Part shown: positions 16,189 through 24,223 of the stretch, piece by piece | Layout of the letters: each line of letters starts with the position of its first letter | Numbering within the stretch: the first letter of the stretch is position 1 | From: a virus | Taxonomy: Duplodnaviria; Caudoviricetes | IMG/VR virus record: IMGVR_UViG_3300011437_000018 | Coordinates: 1 to 34,506 of that record | Reading direction: 5' to 3' (one strand) | Length of the DNA: 34,506 nt | Notes under the pieces: generated by a model | Told to the model about the DNA's origin: nothing | What the model saw: only the letters and a program-made list of their open reading frames with translations | Database searches by the model: none | Made by a program: the position numbers and the translations under genes

Positions 16189-16255
16189 CATCCGAAACAT
16201 ACGCCCCCAATCACAGCACGTATACGCTCCTTACATCACTTGATCTTGAAACAAG

Positions 16256-16507
16256 TTACAATTGTTCTTTATTGTTCTTTTTAAGATTCCTTCCACTTCG
16301 AGAGCTGAGAGCGTGAGCAATAAATACCTCCACAGCCTCATCAGTGATGCACCAATCCCCCTGAGCCATGTATGCCCCTTCAAACCCTCCTGCCTTGCAT
16401 ATACGGGCAACAGAACGATGTGACAGAGGCTTTGCATTCGATGGTAGAATGCGCTTGGAAATGATCTCAGCGACTTCATGGGTATTGTAGATGGTGGCGG
16501 TAGGCAT
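16256..16507 (-). CDS. Excisionase-like HTH DNA-binding protein (start refined to MPTATIY)
   Basis: IYNTHEVAEII...RSVARICKAG.F.GA...GDWCIT. Confidence 0.75.
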   Translation of the reverse strand: MPTATIYNTHEVAEIISKRILPSNAKPLSHRSVARICKAGGFEGAYMAQGDWCITDEAVEVFIAHALSSRSGRNLKKNNKEQL

Positions 16508-16530
16508 AGTGAGAAGTGGTGAGTAAGTGG

Positions 16531-16623
16531 TTAACGTCGTCTTTTGAGGACATGATAGAGCACTGCGCATAAAACAATACATGCCATCCCTTGCCAATAA
16601 ATACATTCTTTTTCATAATCCAT
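16531..16623 (-). CDS. Possible membrane microprotein (30 aa)
   Basis: MDYEKECIYWQGMACIVLCAVLYHVLKRRR; TM helix plus basic tail. Confidence 0.4.
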   Translation of the reverse strand: MDYEKECIYWQGMACIVLCAVLYHVLKRRR

Positions 16624-16708
16624 TTTGGGCAAGGTCGGTTAAATGATCTTCATATTCTTTTTCTTCACGATCCCTTTTTCGGTCTTCCTCATCAATGTTG
16701 TCATCCAT
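16613..16708 (-). CDS. Possible acidic microprotein (31 aa)
   Basis: MDDNIDEEDRKRDREEKEYEDHLTDLAQNGL; pyrimidine-rich leader. Confidence 0.4.
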   Translation of the reverse strand: MDDNIDEEDRKRDREEKEYEDHLTDLAQNGL

Positions 16709-16734
16709 GGAAATGGTGATGGATTCAGGAGTAT

Positions 16735-16971
16735 TCATAGAGGCGGGAGAGTAATGGAAAGAGATGAAACACGAACCTTCTGAAGCTCAAAGGTGTATGT
16801 TTCCTGAGCATGAGCATCCGTGATGGAACGTAGCCGTTCTTTGTGCTTCTGCATGAGCGTAAACATACGCTCACTACTGAATGAATCTGAGAGGGTAAGC
16901 TGACGTACTTCATGCTGAAAACGCAATTCTTCCTGTTCTTGTGCCGATGATGTGCTTTGTGCGTAGTTCAT
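16735..16971 (-). CDS. Hypothetical protein (start refined to MNYAQ)
   Basis: ATG 4 nt after the upstream stop. Confidence 0.55.
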   Translation of the reverse strand: MNYAQSTSSAQEQEELRFQHEVRQLTLSDSFSSERMFTLMQKHKERLRSITDAHAQETYTFELQKVRVSSLSITLPPL

Positions 16972-16975
16972 AAAA

Positions 16976-17416
16976 TCAATTGCTCCACTCTTGGAGCGTA
17001 GGGGAATTCTCTGCAATACGATCAACCGCCTGTTTTATATCCTCATTGGGCAACACTTGTTTCTCTCTATCGGGCTGAGTGTAAAATAAGCCAAAGGATT
17101 GCAGTGCAAAGCTCTTTGCGTACTCCAACACCCATTCAGGCGGCTTCTCTGAAATGTGCTGCTTTCGTATTTCTAACAATTGTTCCTCACTTCGCTGCCC
17201 ATCCCATCCAACGCGCTCAACATGCTCCCACCATCCTGCATCCTGCAAATAGGCTCTCATACCCTCTGCCTCAATAGGGAATGCCAGAGATAGGCGCAAA
17301 AAATTCTCAGAATCCGCTTTGCAGAACAGGTGTGCAAGCATCGTGTGGAATCCACCACCAATGTGGTACTGCCAATCAAATACAAACTTTTCCGATGGTG
17401 TCAAATCCTTGTACAT
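16976..17416 (-). CDS. Hypothetical phage protein
   Basis: 146 aa; GGGF...L.....AD.EN..RL..AFP motif recalled from phage early proteins. Confidence 0.7.
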   Translation of the reverse strand: MYKDLTPSEKFVFDWQYHIGGGFHTMLAHLFCKADSENFLRLSLAFPIEAEGMRAYLQDAGWWEHVERVGWDGQRSEEQLLEIRKQHISEKPPEWVLEYAKSFALQSFGLFYTQPDREKQVLPNEDIKQAVDRIAENSPTLQEWSN

Positions 17417-17460
17417 GGCTTAGGTAAGAGAAAAAATAAAAGTAGTCGAATTCGAGTAGT

Positions 17461-17778
17461 TTACGATTGTACAATTTCAGGTTCTTTTGGTGCTTCCAAA
17501 AGTGCAGCAACATTTTGCACTTTCTGCTCACCTACTGTGTGCATGATCGTTGCCAGTTCTTTCACCAAATCGAATGCGCGAGCAGGAAGATCAAAGTTCT
17601 GTTCCTTCCAACCATAGGCATTGTTGTAATTGACTGAGGTAACGCAGTACCCACTCTCTGTGAGAAGATCCATTTGAATACTGGCATTGGGCATTCCTGC
17701 CTCATCATCCTTTGGCATGGTGATACTGAATCCTGTAAGGCGAGTTTTCGTGATAGTGATGTGAAGACGTTTTTGCAT
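17461..17778 (-). CDS. Hypothetical protein (start refined to MQKRLH)
   Basis: The track's N-terminal extension runs into the IS; TTTCCC leader before ATG 17778. Confidence 0.65.
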   Translation of the reverse strand: MQKRLHITITKTRLTGFSITMPKDDEAGMPNASIQMDLLTESGYCVTSVNYNNAYGWKEQNFDLPARAFDLVKELATIMHTVGEQKVQNVAALLEAPKEPEIVQS

Positions 17779-17902
17779 CTTGGCGTGGAGAAATAGGGAA
17801 ATAAAAATTGGCGAGTATCTATTCATGTATAGTTGAGAATGAGAATCGGGAGCGATAGAATGTGGTACATGGCTGAATCGAAAACGAATAAAGAACGGTT
17901 CT

Positions 17903-18781
17903 TCACAATGCTGGCTTTGGCGGCAGAGACACCCTCTCCAACAGCAAGTCGAAGAAGTGCCGTCCATCGTCCTTGTGGTTCCACTTCCAAGCGTACTCAC
18001 GCACGTAGGAAGCAAGGTGCTTCGGACTGACGACATGGTGCGTCCCGTCAATGGAACGCTTTAGCTGGCTCCAAAAGCCTTCAATGGTGTTCGTGTGAAC
18101 GTCACCCTTGGCGTACTCGCCCTTGGAGTGGCTTACCGTGTCGTGCTTCAAGTCCAGCAGGTCGGTTATCTTGTGATAGCTGTTCATCTCGTCGGTCATC
18201 ATCCGTGTGCCTTTGGCGATATGGGACTGGAAGTGCGGCAGGAGCGTTGCGGCCTTCACGTCTGGCACAACAGCCGTGTTCATCTTGCCTTTGCGCTGGA
18301 TGGCTCCGAAGACGATGGTCTTGCCTTCCGCTCCACGGCCACGCTTGCCCTTCCTCTTGCCTCCTACGACCGTCTCATCCGCTTCCACGTCTCCAAAGAG
18401 CTTGTCAGCGTTCTCGTCCATCATGGAGCGAATCATGCGTGTCATGCGTAGAGCCGTCTGGTAGTGCTTCACGCCGATATGCCGTTGCAGTTCCAAGGCG
18501 GCCACGCCGTTCCTGCTTTGCGACATGAGGAAGATAGCGAAATACCACTTCACAAGGTCGGTTTCGCTCTTGTGGAAGATAGTGCCGTTCTTCGGGCTTA
18601 TCTGGCTACCGCCGCAGGAGCAGACGTAGTGCGCCGTTCCCTTCTGCAAGTAGTATTTGTCCTTCTGGCCGCAAGCGGCGCACGTAGCGTCCTTGTGGAG
18701 CCTTTGGAACAGGTCTTCAAGGCAAGCCTCGTTCGTGGGGAAACGCCGATTGAATTGCTTGATGGTGAAGGTGGGCATCAT
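17903..18781 (-). CDS. IS1595-family DDE transposase
   Basis: N-terminal Zn ribbon, VEADE, TDE, HTNTIEGFW; start at ATG 18781/18778 overlapping the passenger stop. Confidence 0.95.
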   Translation of the reverse strand: MMPTFTIKQFNRRFPTNEACLEDLFQRLHKDATCAACGQKDKYYLQKGTAHYVCSCGGSQISPKNGTIFHKSETDLVKWYFAIFLMSQSRNGVAALELQRHIGVKHYQTALRMTRMIRSMMDENADKLFGDVEADETVVGGKRKGKRGRGAEGKTIVFGAIQRKGKMNTAVVPDVKAATLLPHFQSHIAKGTRMMTDEMNSYHKITDLLDLKHDTVSHSKGEYAKGDVHTNTIEGFWSQLKRSIDGTHHVVSPKHLASYVREYAWKWNHKDDGRHFFDLLLERVSLPPKPAL

Positions 18782-19374
18782 CGGTTGGCTTTGAAAAAAG
18801 CAGAAGCGAATCCAGCAGGTGTGATAGAGCGTTGTGCAGCACGTTTGTTCCATCCTTCAGGGAGGACGTAATCGCCCGGCAGGGGTGGTAATTCCCGTGA
18901 ATTGAGATGGCTCTGCTTCCTCTGCCGCATGTTCAACATGACGATTTTCTGCTTCGGGACATTGTAGAAGCCCCACAGGTCAGTTCCTTTCGTGTGCGGG
19001 TCGCCGTAGTCGTTCGGATGAAACGTGAGAGGCGGCTTACCAAGATAGTGTCGCAAGAATCCTTTTGGATTCTCCAAAGCCCAGAACTTCGCTCCACCAT
19101 GCACACATTCTTGGATTATCGCCAGACAACGATTCACAAGCTCCATACCACCCCTCAAATCCCGGGGCGTACTGGCCGTTGTTCGGGCGAAGCTGAACAT
19201 CGTGCATGTCGGTGCTGCCAGAACGCCGTACACGCCATCTGGCGGTTCATAGGTGAAGACATCGTGCGCTGGGAGCGTAACGAGCCGAACATCGTATCCA
19301 GCGTCCTTGTACGGCTTGCTCCATGAGCCGGTACCGCCGCACAAGTCGAGGATGATTTTGGAGGAGTTTTCCGT
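18778..19374 (-). CDS. DNA cytosine methyltransferase-like passenger with ACG at the expected start
   Basis: ILDLCGGTGSWS (motif I), LAAPTCTMFS (motif IV variant), LENP (motif VI); no in-frame ATG upstream of motif I. Confidence 0.75.
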   Translation of the reverse strand, partial: TENSSKIILDLCGGTGSWSKPYKDAGYDVRLVTLPAHDVFTYEPPDGVYGVLAAPTCTMFSFARTTASTPRDLRGGMELVNRCLAIIQECVHGGAKFWALENPKGFLRHYLGKPPLTFHPNDYGDPHTKGTDLWGFYNVPKQKIVMLNMRQRKQSHLNSRELPPLPGDYVLPEGWNKRAAQRSITPAGFASAFFKANR

Positions 19375-19398
19375 AGAGGGGTGGGGAAATGTGCGATA

Positions 19399-19427
19399 AG
19401 ACTACTCTCTCATTTACTATATGTCAA
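19399..19427 (-). promoter_or_regulatory. IS promoter TTGACA-N17-TAGTCT
   Basis: Consensus -35 overlapping the right TIR; 17-nt spacer. Confidence 0.7.
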
Positions 19428-19444
19428 TAGATAATCGCCTAAAA

Positions 19445-19666
19445 TTAAACGTTCCATTTATGCTTGCAGCTAAAACAGATGTATTTCTTTGGCTTGCGCC
19501 CTATTGCCATTAGCATCATGAAAGTTCCAATGAGCGCAAAAAGAAGTGGGAAAATCAGGAAGCTAAATAACATGCCGAATGTAAAGAAAAGAAGGCCGAT
19601 GATTGCGGTGATCTTTCGATCACTCACAGTGTTATAGCTATTACAATTGAAGCAGCGTACTTGCAT
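19445..19666 (-). CDS. LITAF-like membrane zinc-ribbon protein
   Basis: CFNC - two TM helices - CFSC. Confidence 0.75.
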   Translation of the reverse strand: MQVRCFNCNSYNTVSDRKITAIIGLLFFTFGMLFSFLIFPLLFALIGTFMMLMAIGRKPKKYICFSCKHKWNV

Positions 19667-19724
19667 GGGATTTCCGGGGGAAGTGGGTAAGAATAAAGGA
19701 AAAGTGAATAGTGTAAAACGTGCT

Positions 19725-20939
19725 TTATATGGCTTCTTTCTTCTCTTTCTTGGGTTTCTTTTCTACAGCATCAGTAACTTCACCCGCTTCGTTCGTGAGT
19801 GGTAATACACCTTCTCCCAAATCATCCTGCATAAGAAAATCCTTTGAAACAAGACGTGGTTTATTGTCTACAGTTATGACCACTGCGATACCGCGCTTAA
19901 TCGCCTCATCGCCAATTTTCTTGTAACCAGTGCGGATAACATCAGGCTTCATTTCTGCAATGGCTGTATCGCTGGCTGTACCAAAGGCGAACATAAGAAG
20001 ATCTGATTTCAATTGCTTCTCTGCCTTCCCTGAGCCGGGGGCAATACGATCAAGCAAACCATTCAAATCTTCCACTGCCTTATCGCGCTCACGCCTCCAT
20101 GTGTAGTTATCCTCTTCATTCTTGAAGAGCAGGGCAGTATCACCCTCTTGAATCATATTGAGATCGCGCACCACGGGAGATTCAAGCATACGATCAATGG
20201 CGGGTGCGAAGTCCTCATATTTCGGGTTCTTAAAGATTTTCCCATCAATGAGAGTTGAACGGTCTTTGATGATTTTTGCACTGCGGTACGTTTCAATCTT
20301 TCCTGCCTCTAGCACGTCTTCAAAGCGTTCCATTAGCACAAGCACATCAGGCTCATACGCTGTCTCACCTTCCACTTTCATTTTCACGCCAGACTTGAAG
20401 ATTTCACGCTTCCCTGTCTCTGCGTTCTTCTCTGTCTCGTACTCATATCCTGCACGTCCCGTCATAATGACATGGTAGGGGTCGCGCACGAAATGATTTG
20501 AAAATTCTGTTTTCCACGTAGGTTTGATTTGTCCCCAATCTTGAAACTCTAAACGTGTACGGTTCTTTTTCTCCATATATGCCTTCAAAAATTCTTCCCA
20601 CACATGAGAAATAGAATCAATGATCAGGATGTTGCTAATGGGATGATTGCGCATACGTTCCATAGTTTCTTTTAAATCTGCCATCGAACGTGAGGAGCGC
20701 AGAAGTACTTGGATTCCTGCCTCAGCAAAGAATGGCTTTAAGAATTTTGCAGCTTCCTCCGTGTCGAAAATGACGATAGGGAGCTTGGAGCCAATGCGCT
20801 TGTGCAAGCCAATGGCAAGCATTGCAGCGGTGTACGTTTTTCCGCATCCTGCGAATCCTTCAAGGGCGCACTTGAAGTAGGGCTTTGTGTTATCGAGTCC
20901 TGTAAAGAATGTGTCCTGTGCTGGCGTGGCAGTAGGCAT
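19725..20939 (-). CDS. Sak4-like AAA ATPase / recombinase
   Basis: GFAGCGKT Walker A, IFDTE, IIDSISHVW Walker B, KDRS. Confidence 0.85.
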   Translation of the reverse strand: MPTATPAQDTFFTGLDNTKPYFKCALEGFAGCGKTYTAAMLAIGLHKRIGSKLPIVIFDTEEAAKFLKPFFAEAGIQVLLRSSRSMADLKETMERMRNHPISNILIIDSISHVWEEFLKAYMEKKNRTRLEFQDWGQIKPTWKTEFSNHFVRDPYHVIMTGRAGYEYETEKNAETGKREIFKSGVKMKVEGETAYEPDVLVLMERFEDVLEAGKIETYRSAKIIKDRSTLIDGKIFKNPKYEDFAPAIDRMLESPVVRDLNMIQEGDTALLFKNEEDNYTWRRERDKAVEDLNGLLDRIAPGSGKAEKQLKSDLLMFAFGTASDTAIAEMKPDVIRTGYKKIGDEAIKRGIAVVITVDNKPRLVSKDFLMQDDLGEGVLPLTNEAGEVTDAVEKKPKKEKKEAI

Positions 20940-20940
20940 A

Positions 20941-21063
20941 CTAGAAAGAAAGAAAAAAAATAAGGAGCAGGAGTGTACCGCATGAAATACTGAATACGAT
21001 GCACATATCCTGCAATGTGCGCCGTTTCATTCTGTTGTACCCGGCTAGGGTGATGTAGCTCAT
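20941..21063 (-). CDS. Possible membrane microprotein (40 aa), first gene of the early operon
   Basis: MSYITLAGYNRMKRRTLQDMCIVFSISCGTLLLLIFFLSF; stop 1 nt before the Sak4 ATG. Confidence 0.45.
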   Translation of the reverse strand: MSYITLAGYNRMKRRTLQDMCIVFSISCGTLLLLIFFLSF

Positions 21064-21085
21064 GTAAAAGAGTGATGAAATAGAT

Positions 21086-21121
21086 TGTTACTAACATGCT
21101 CTTACGTTACTTTGAAGTCAA
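21086..21121 (-). promoter_or_regulatory. Early promoter TTGACT-N17-CATGTT with palindrome TGTTACTAACA
   Basis: Shares TTGACTnnnAAGTAACGTA with 13832-13850. Confidence 0.6.
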
Positions 21122-21153
21122 TAGACAAAATATGCATGTGCTACTATCTCGCT

Positions 21154-21260
21154 CTGGCAAGGCTATGTGTGTCCCCGGCGTACTTACGCCACAGGTGACG
21201 ATTAGCGCATTCCCTACGTCCGTGCGGAGGCAGTAGACGCTCGTGCGGACGCTGCTTCTT
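21154..21260 (+). ncRNA. Candidate structured small RNA divergent from the early promoter
   Basis: TGcTACTAT at 21139-21147; hairpins GGCGTA/TACGCC and CGTCCGTGCG/CGTGCGGACG (21217-21251, G-U pairs favour +). Confidence 0.4.
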
Positions 21261-21358
21261 CATGTGTATACAACATGTATAGTACGTATATATGTTATAT
21301 ATATCGAAGAAAAGGAAGGGTGGGAAAAAAGGCTATTGATCTGTGCTATACTCCACAC

Positions 21359-21487
21359 ATGGGTCAAATAATCGCCATTATCGGGATAGGCTTGATGGTG
21401 CAAAGTGTTCTCCCATTCCCACACATGAATCTCGTAGGATTCATTGTGTTTGCAGTGGGTAGTGTCATGGCACTTTTCCGCATCTAA
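21359..21487 (+). CDS. Leaderless two-TM microprotein (42 aa); the only supported plus-strand gene
   Basis: TGcTATACT-N6-ATG; MGQIIAIIGIGLMVQSVLPFPHMNLVGFIVFAVGSVMALFRI; followed by a terminator. Confidence 0.7.
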   Translation: MGQIIAIIGIGLMVQSVLPFPHMNLVGFIVFAVGSVMALFRI

Positions 21488-21495
21488 AAGCCAAT

Positions 21496-21523
21496 AGAGT
21501 GGATTGTAAACCACTCTTTTTGT
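21496..21523 (+). terminator. Intrinsic terminator
   Basis: AGAGTGG-ATTGTAAA-CCACTCT-TTTTGT. Confidence 0.75.
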
Positions 21524-21558
21524 TATTGTAAACAAGATTGTCAACTGTATCACATACG

Positions 21559-21629
21559 GCAAACCTCCTCACAGTGAGTCGGAGGGGTTTGCAGACGGGT
21601 GATCAAACCCGAATCACGACGTGCGTGAT
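21559..21629 (-). ncRNA. Three consecutive hairpins after the holin (sRNA or late-operon 3' end)
   Basis: ATCACG/CGTGAT, CGGGT/ACCCG, GCAAACC/GGTTTGC; TAGTAT-N6 precedes the first hairpin. Confidence 0.45.
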
Positions 21630-21638
21630 GTCAGTATA

Positions 21639-21947
21639 CTATTTATTCACCACCACATTAGGCGTTTGCTTCAAATCCTTTGCAACGCTGTAGAGTCCAG
21701 TCACGGAACCTCCAAAGACGATTCCTACCATGATTCCTGTGACCGTCACCATATCGCCATGGGAAAGCTGAGAAGACACTGCGAGTAGCACACCCATAAA
21801 ACACGCAGAGGGTGGAAGAACCTTGTCACGGATATTCTCAGGTATGAGTTTCCCGAGCAATGCTGTGAGTCCAAGGATTGTCCCCGTTGCAAGCAAAATT
21901 TCTGCGACAGATTCAAAGACACCAAATGTGATCAAATCAAGATCCAT
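21639..21947 (-). CDS. Holin
   Basis: Three hydrophobic helices, G....GLYSVAK C-terminus, next to endolysin. Confidence 0.8.
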   Translation of the reverse strand: MDLDLITFGVFESVAEILLATGTILGLTALLGKLIPENIRDKVLPPSACFMGVLLAVSSQLSHGDMVTVTGIMVGIVFGGSVTGLYSVAKDLKQTPNVVVNK

Positions 21948-21955
21948 AAAAATGA

Positions 21956-22516
21956 TTAGGAAGAAATAAAACGCTCTTTGAAGTTCTTGAGCGCAGCGGC
22001 AATACGTACCTGACTCATTGGCGCATTCGGGTTATCCCAACCACCCGATATAATCCCATTCTCTGTAGCCCATTTCTGTGCTTCCTCCTCCCATGTCATC
22101 TCAGTGATGTACTTAATATTCGTGAATGGCCTGTACTCCACAATTTTATAGACCAATGGCTCTGCTTGAGTCGGATAATCCAATGGATCAATTTGTAATT
22201 TCTTCTCTGCATTTACCATGAAGAAATGTGTTGGGTATCCCTGCGGAGAGTAATTATCTGTCATCGCAATGCACCATCCCTTTGGGGCAATGGTGGTTTT
22301 CGGCAATGCTTCACCTCCACATCCTTTGGCAATCGCGTTTGAATTCACAAGTCCAGAATCCGTGACACCATTGGGAATTTTTAAAATCTCCAATGGATGC
22401 TTCTGATAGAGAGTAGCAAGACTGCACACAAAGCATCCGTATCCATTGATCGTTAGTTTGCTCTTTCCCAGTCTCATGCTCCCGTAGGATGGATCACGCT
22501 GTGAGTATTCTTGCAT
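21956..22516 (-). CDS. Endolysin: C39-like cysteine peptidase with C-terminal SLH-like domain
   Basis: YSQRDP...GC..SLA, HF, DP; WEEEAQKWATENGIISG...PNAPMSQ. Confidence 0.75.
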   Translation of the reverse strand: MQEYSQRDPSYGSMRLGKSKLTINGYGCFVCSLATLYQKHPLEILKIPNGVTDSGLVNSNAIAKGCGGEALPKTTIAPKGWCIAMTDNYSPQGYPTHFFMVNAEKKLQIDPLDYPTQAEPLVYKIVEYRPFTNIKYITEMTWEEEAQKWATENGIISGGWDNPNAPMSQVRIAAALKNFKERFISS

Positions 22517-22528
22517 GGCACGAGATTA

Positions 22529-22927
22529 TCACCTCTCCGTATTCTTGGCCATGTGCTCATTGATTGAGTGCATTGATTTGTTTATTTCAGATAATATACG
22601 CGGCAAATCTCTAAACGCCCTAATAAATTCTTCGCTTTCAGAAGCCGCTTTTGCTATTTTATCAATCACAGGATTCTTGCTAATGTCCACGCTTTCAAGA
22701 ATGGCAATGCGCTTATCTTTTTCCTCAATTAAGCCCGTCAATCTGCCGATTTCAGTAGTCATGTTGATGATTTGGTCTTTCATTTCTTTGCGCTCTTTGT
22801 CTTGCAATTCATCACGCGCTCTGTACATAGAAAGAATGTCTGTATTGGCCTGATTACCTCCCCTTTTCCAGTAAAGGAAAATACCTGATGCAATCCCAAA
22901 CATCAGCAAAAGAGAATTCAAATCCAT
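22529..22927 (-). CDS. TM plus coiled-coil lysis-cassette protein (start refined to MDLNS)
   Basis: N-terminal TM helix; TATTCT-N6-ATG. Confidence 0.65.
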   Translation of the reverse strand: MDLNSLLLMFGIASGIFLYWKRGGNQANTDILSMYRARDELQDKERKEMKDQIINMTTEIGRLTGLIEEKDKRIAILESVDISKNPVIDKIAKAASESEEFIRAFRDLPRILSEINKSMHSINEHMAKNTER

Positions 22928-22981
22928 TGGGATAGAATATACGGGCATATTGCCGTTGACGCAATTCTGTGATCAAAATTA

Positions 22982-24214
22982 TCACGAACGTGTTGCGCGA
23001 AAATTTGAAATCCATCCTTGTACTGTCTCACTTGAATCACAGGAAACATGCAGAGTGAAATTTACTCTCGTAGAAGACGTGGGAACCACTATAGCTTTTA
23101 CCTTTGCTTCCCATGTTTCCGCTTCCTCCACATCAAGAAATGTCGTGCTGCCCTGTTGTGTTCCACTCTCGTTATAAAAATCAATTTCCAAAGAGACTGC
23201 CTTTGATGCACTGATCGCATCAGCGAACAGCTCACAGGTCACACGGATCACTTCACCCGCAGTTACGCCGGGTAATGTCTTGGCTTCCGCTGCGCTAATT
23301 GTCTTTACACCATTACCAAGGGCAAGTGACAAATATGCGTCAGCATTCGCTCCTGCGGGGTCGATACTGAGTGTGGCTGTATCCCTCTCATCCTTCACTT
23401 CAAACGCAGCAGTGCCCGTACTGGAAGCCGTGACAGTGCCATAGTAGAGCGAGTCACCTACAAGATTCTCTCCACTACTGAATGAATCCGTACCAGACCA
23501 TTTAGAAAAATTGTCACGCCATAGGTCAAAGAATCCTTCGTACTCCAACATCGTGCGCCATGTGGAAAGTTCATCATCGGTCATCTTTTCTGCACATGCA
23601 GCGACAAGACGTAATGCACCTTTTTGGAAGTAGGAAAGGTTCGTGTCCTTCGCTAATTTGAAATCACCTGTGCTCGTATCAAAAGAAGTTCCTGTATCTG
23701 TTTGTGTTCCCCGACTCGTGCCATCAATGAGCACTTGAATCCCTGTAGTATTGCTTCCACGGAACACGATCAAATGCGGTTTACCTTTCGTTAAATATGT
23801 ATCGGAACTCGCAACAGTTACGGTCTTCACGTTGCCATCCAACTTAATTTCACACACCAAACTCGTACCATTGAAATAGATGCGCGGATAATGCGTGGAA
23901 CCAAAGAGGCCATACACAATGCCTTCTTGATTCGTCATTTCATTCCTGCTCAAGATAACACCAATGGTGAATTCCGTGATCGTTACACCATTCACTCCAA
24001 GATTATCCGAAAGGTAATCGTCCACTCCATCAGCAATATAACCGTACGGTGCGAGCTGCGCACCACTTACGGTTGCATCCACATTCGTATCTTCTTTGTC
24101 TGTCCACGTTGCAGCAGCACTATCCCTTCCATCGAGATACATCAAAAACTGAATGGCGTATGCATTGCGCTTTCTGTGGATCGTGAACGGTGTATCGAAA
24201 CCCGTAGGACTCAT
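22982..24214 (-). CDS. Tail receptor-binding protein (LamG-like plus carbohydrate-binding-like domain)
   Basis: DGVDDYL, HLIVF...VLIDG; C-terminal CBM-like domain; last tail gene. Confidence 0.65.
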   Translation of the reverse strand: MSPTGFDTPFTIHRKRNAYAIQFLMYLDGRDSAAATWTDKEDTNVDATVSGAQLAPYGYIADGVDDYLSDNLGVNGVTITEFTIGVILSRNEMTNQEGIVYGLFGSTHYPRIYFNGTSLVCEIKLDGNVKTVTVASSDTYLTKGKPHLIVFRGSNTTGIQVLIDGTSRGTQTDTGTSFDTSTGDFKLAKDTNLSYFQKGALRLVAACAEKMTDDELSTWRTMLEYEGFFDLWRDNFSKWSGTDSFSSGENLVGDSLYYGTVTASSTGTAAFEVKDERDTATLSIDPAGANADAYLSLALGNGVKTISAAEAKTLPGVTAGEVIRVTCELFADAISASKAVSLEIDFYNESGTQQGSTTFLDVEEAETWEAKVKAIVVPTSSTRVNFTLHVSCDSSETVQGWISNFRATRS

Positions 24215-24223
24215 ACGCGTATC

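Larger units (their letters stand above)
17810..19439 (-). mobile_element. IS1595-family element with passenger gene
   Basis: TIRs GGCGAGTATCTATTCA (17810-17825) and revcomp GGCGATTATCTATTGA (19424-19439), 14/16; flanks TAAAAATT / TAAAATT (near-perfect 8-bp TSD); visibly higher GC. Confidence 0.9.

Noticed and set aside
17779-18051. N-terminal extension of the 17461-18051 ORF
   Set aside because: It runs through the IS terminal repeat and the transposase; the true start is probably 17778
21261-21304. Protelomerase (telRL) site
   Set aside because: Palindromes are short and imperfect, and no protelomerase gene was recognised
21154-21629. tRNA or tmRNA among the hairpins
   Set aside because: No T-loop GTTCRA within a cloverleaf and no acceptor stem or CCA could be built
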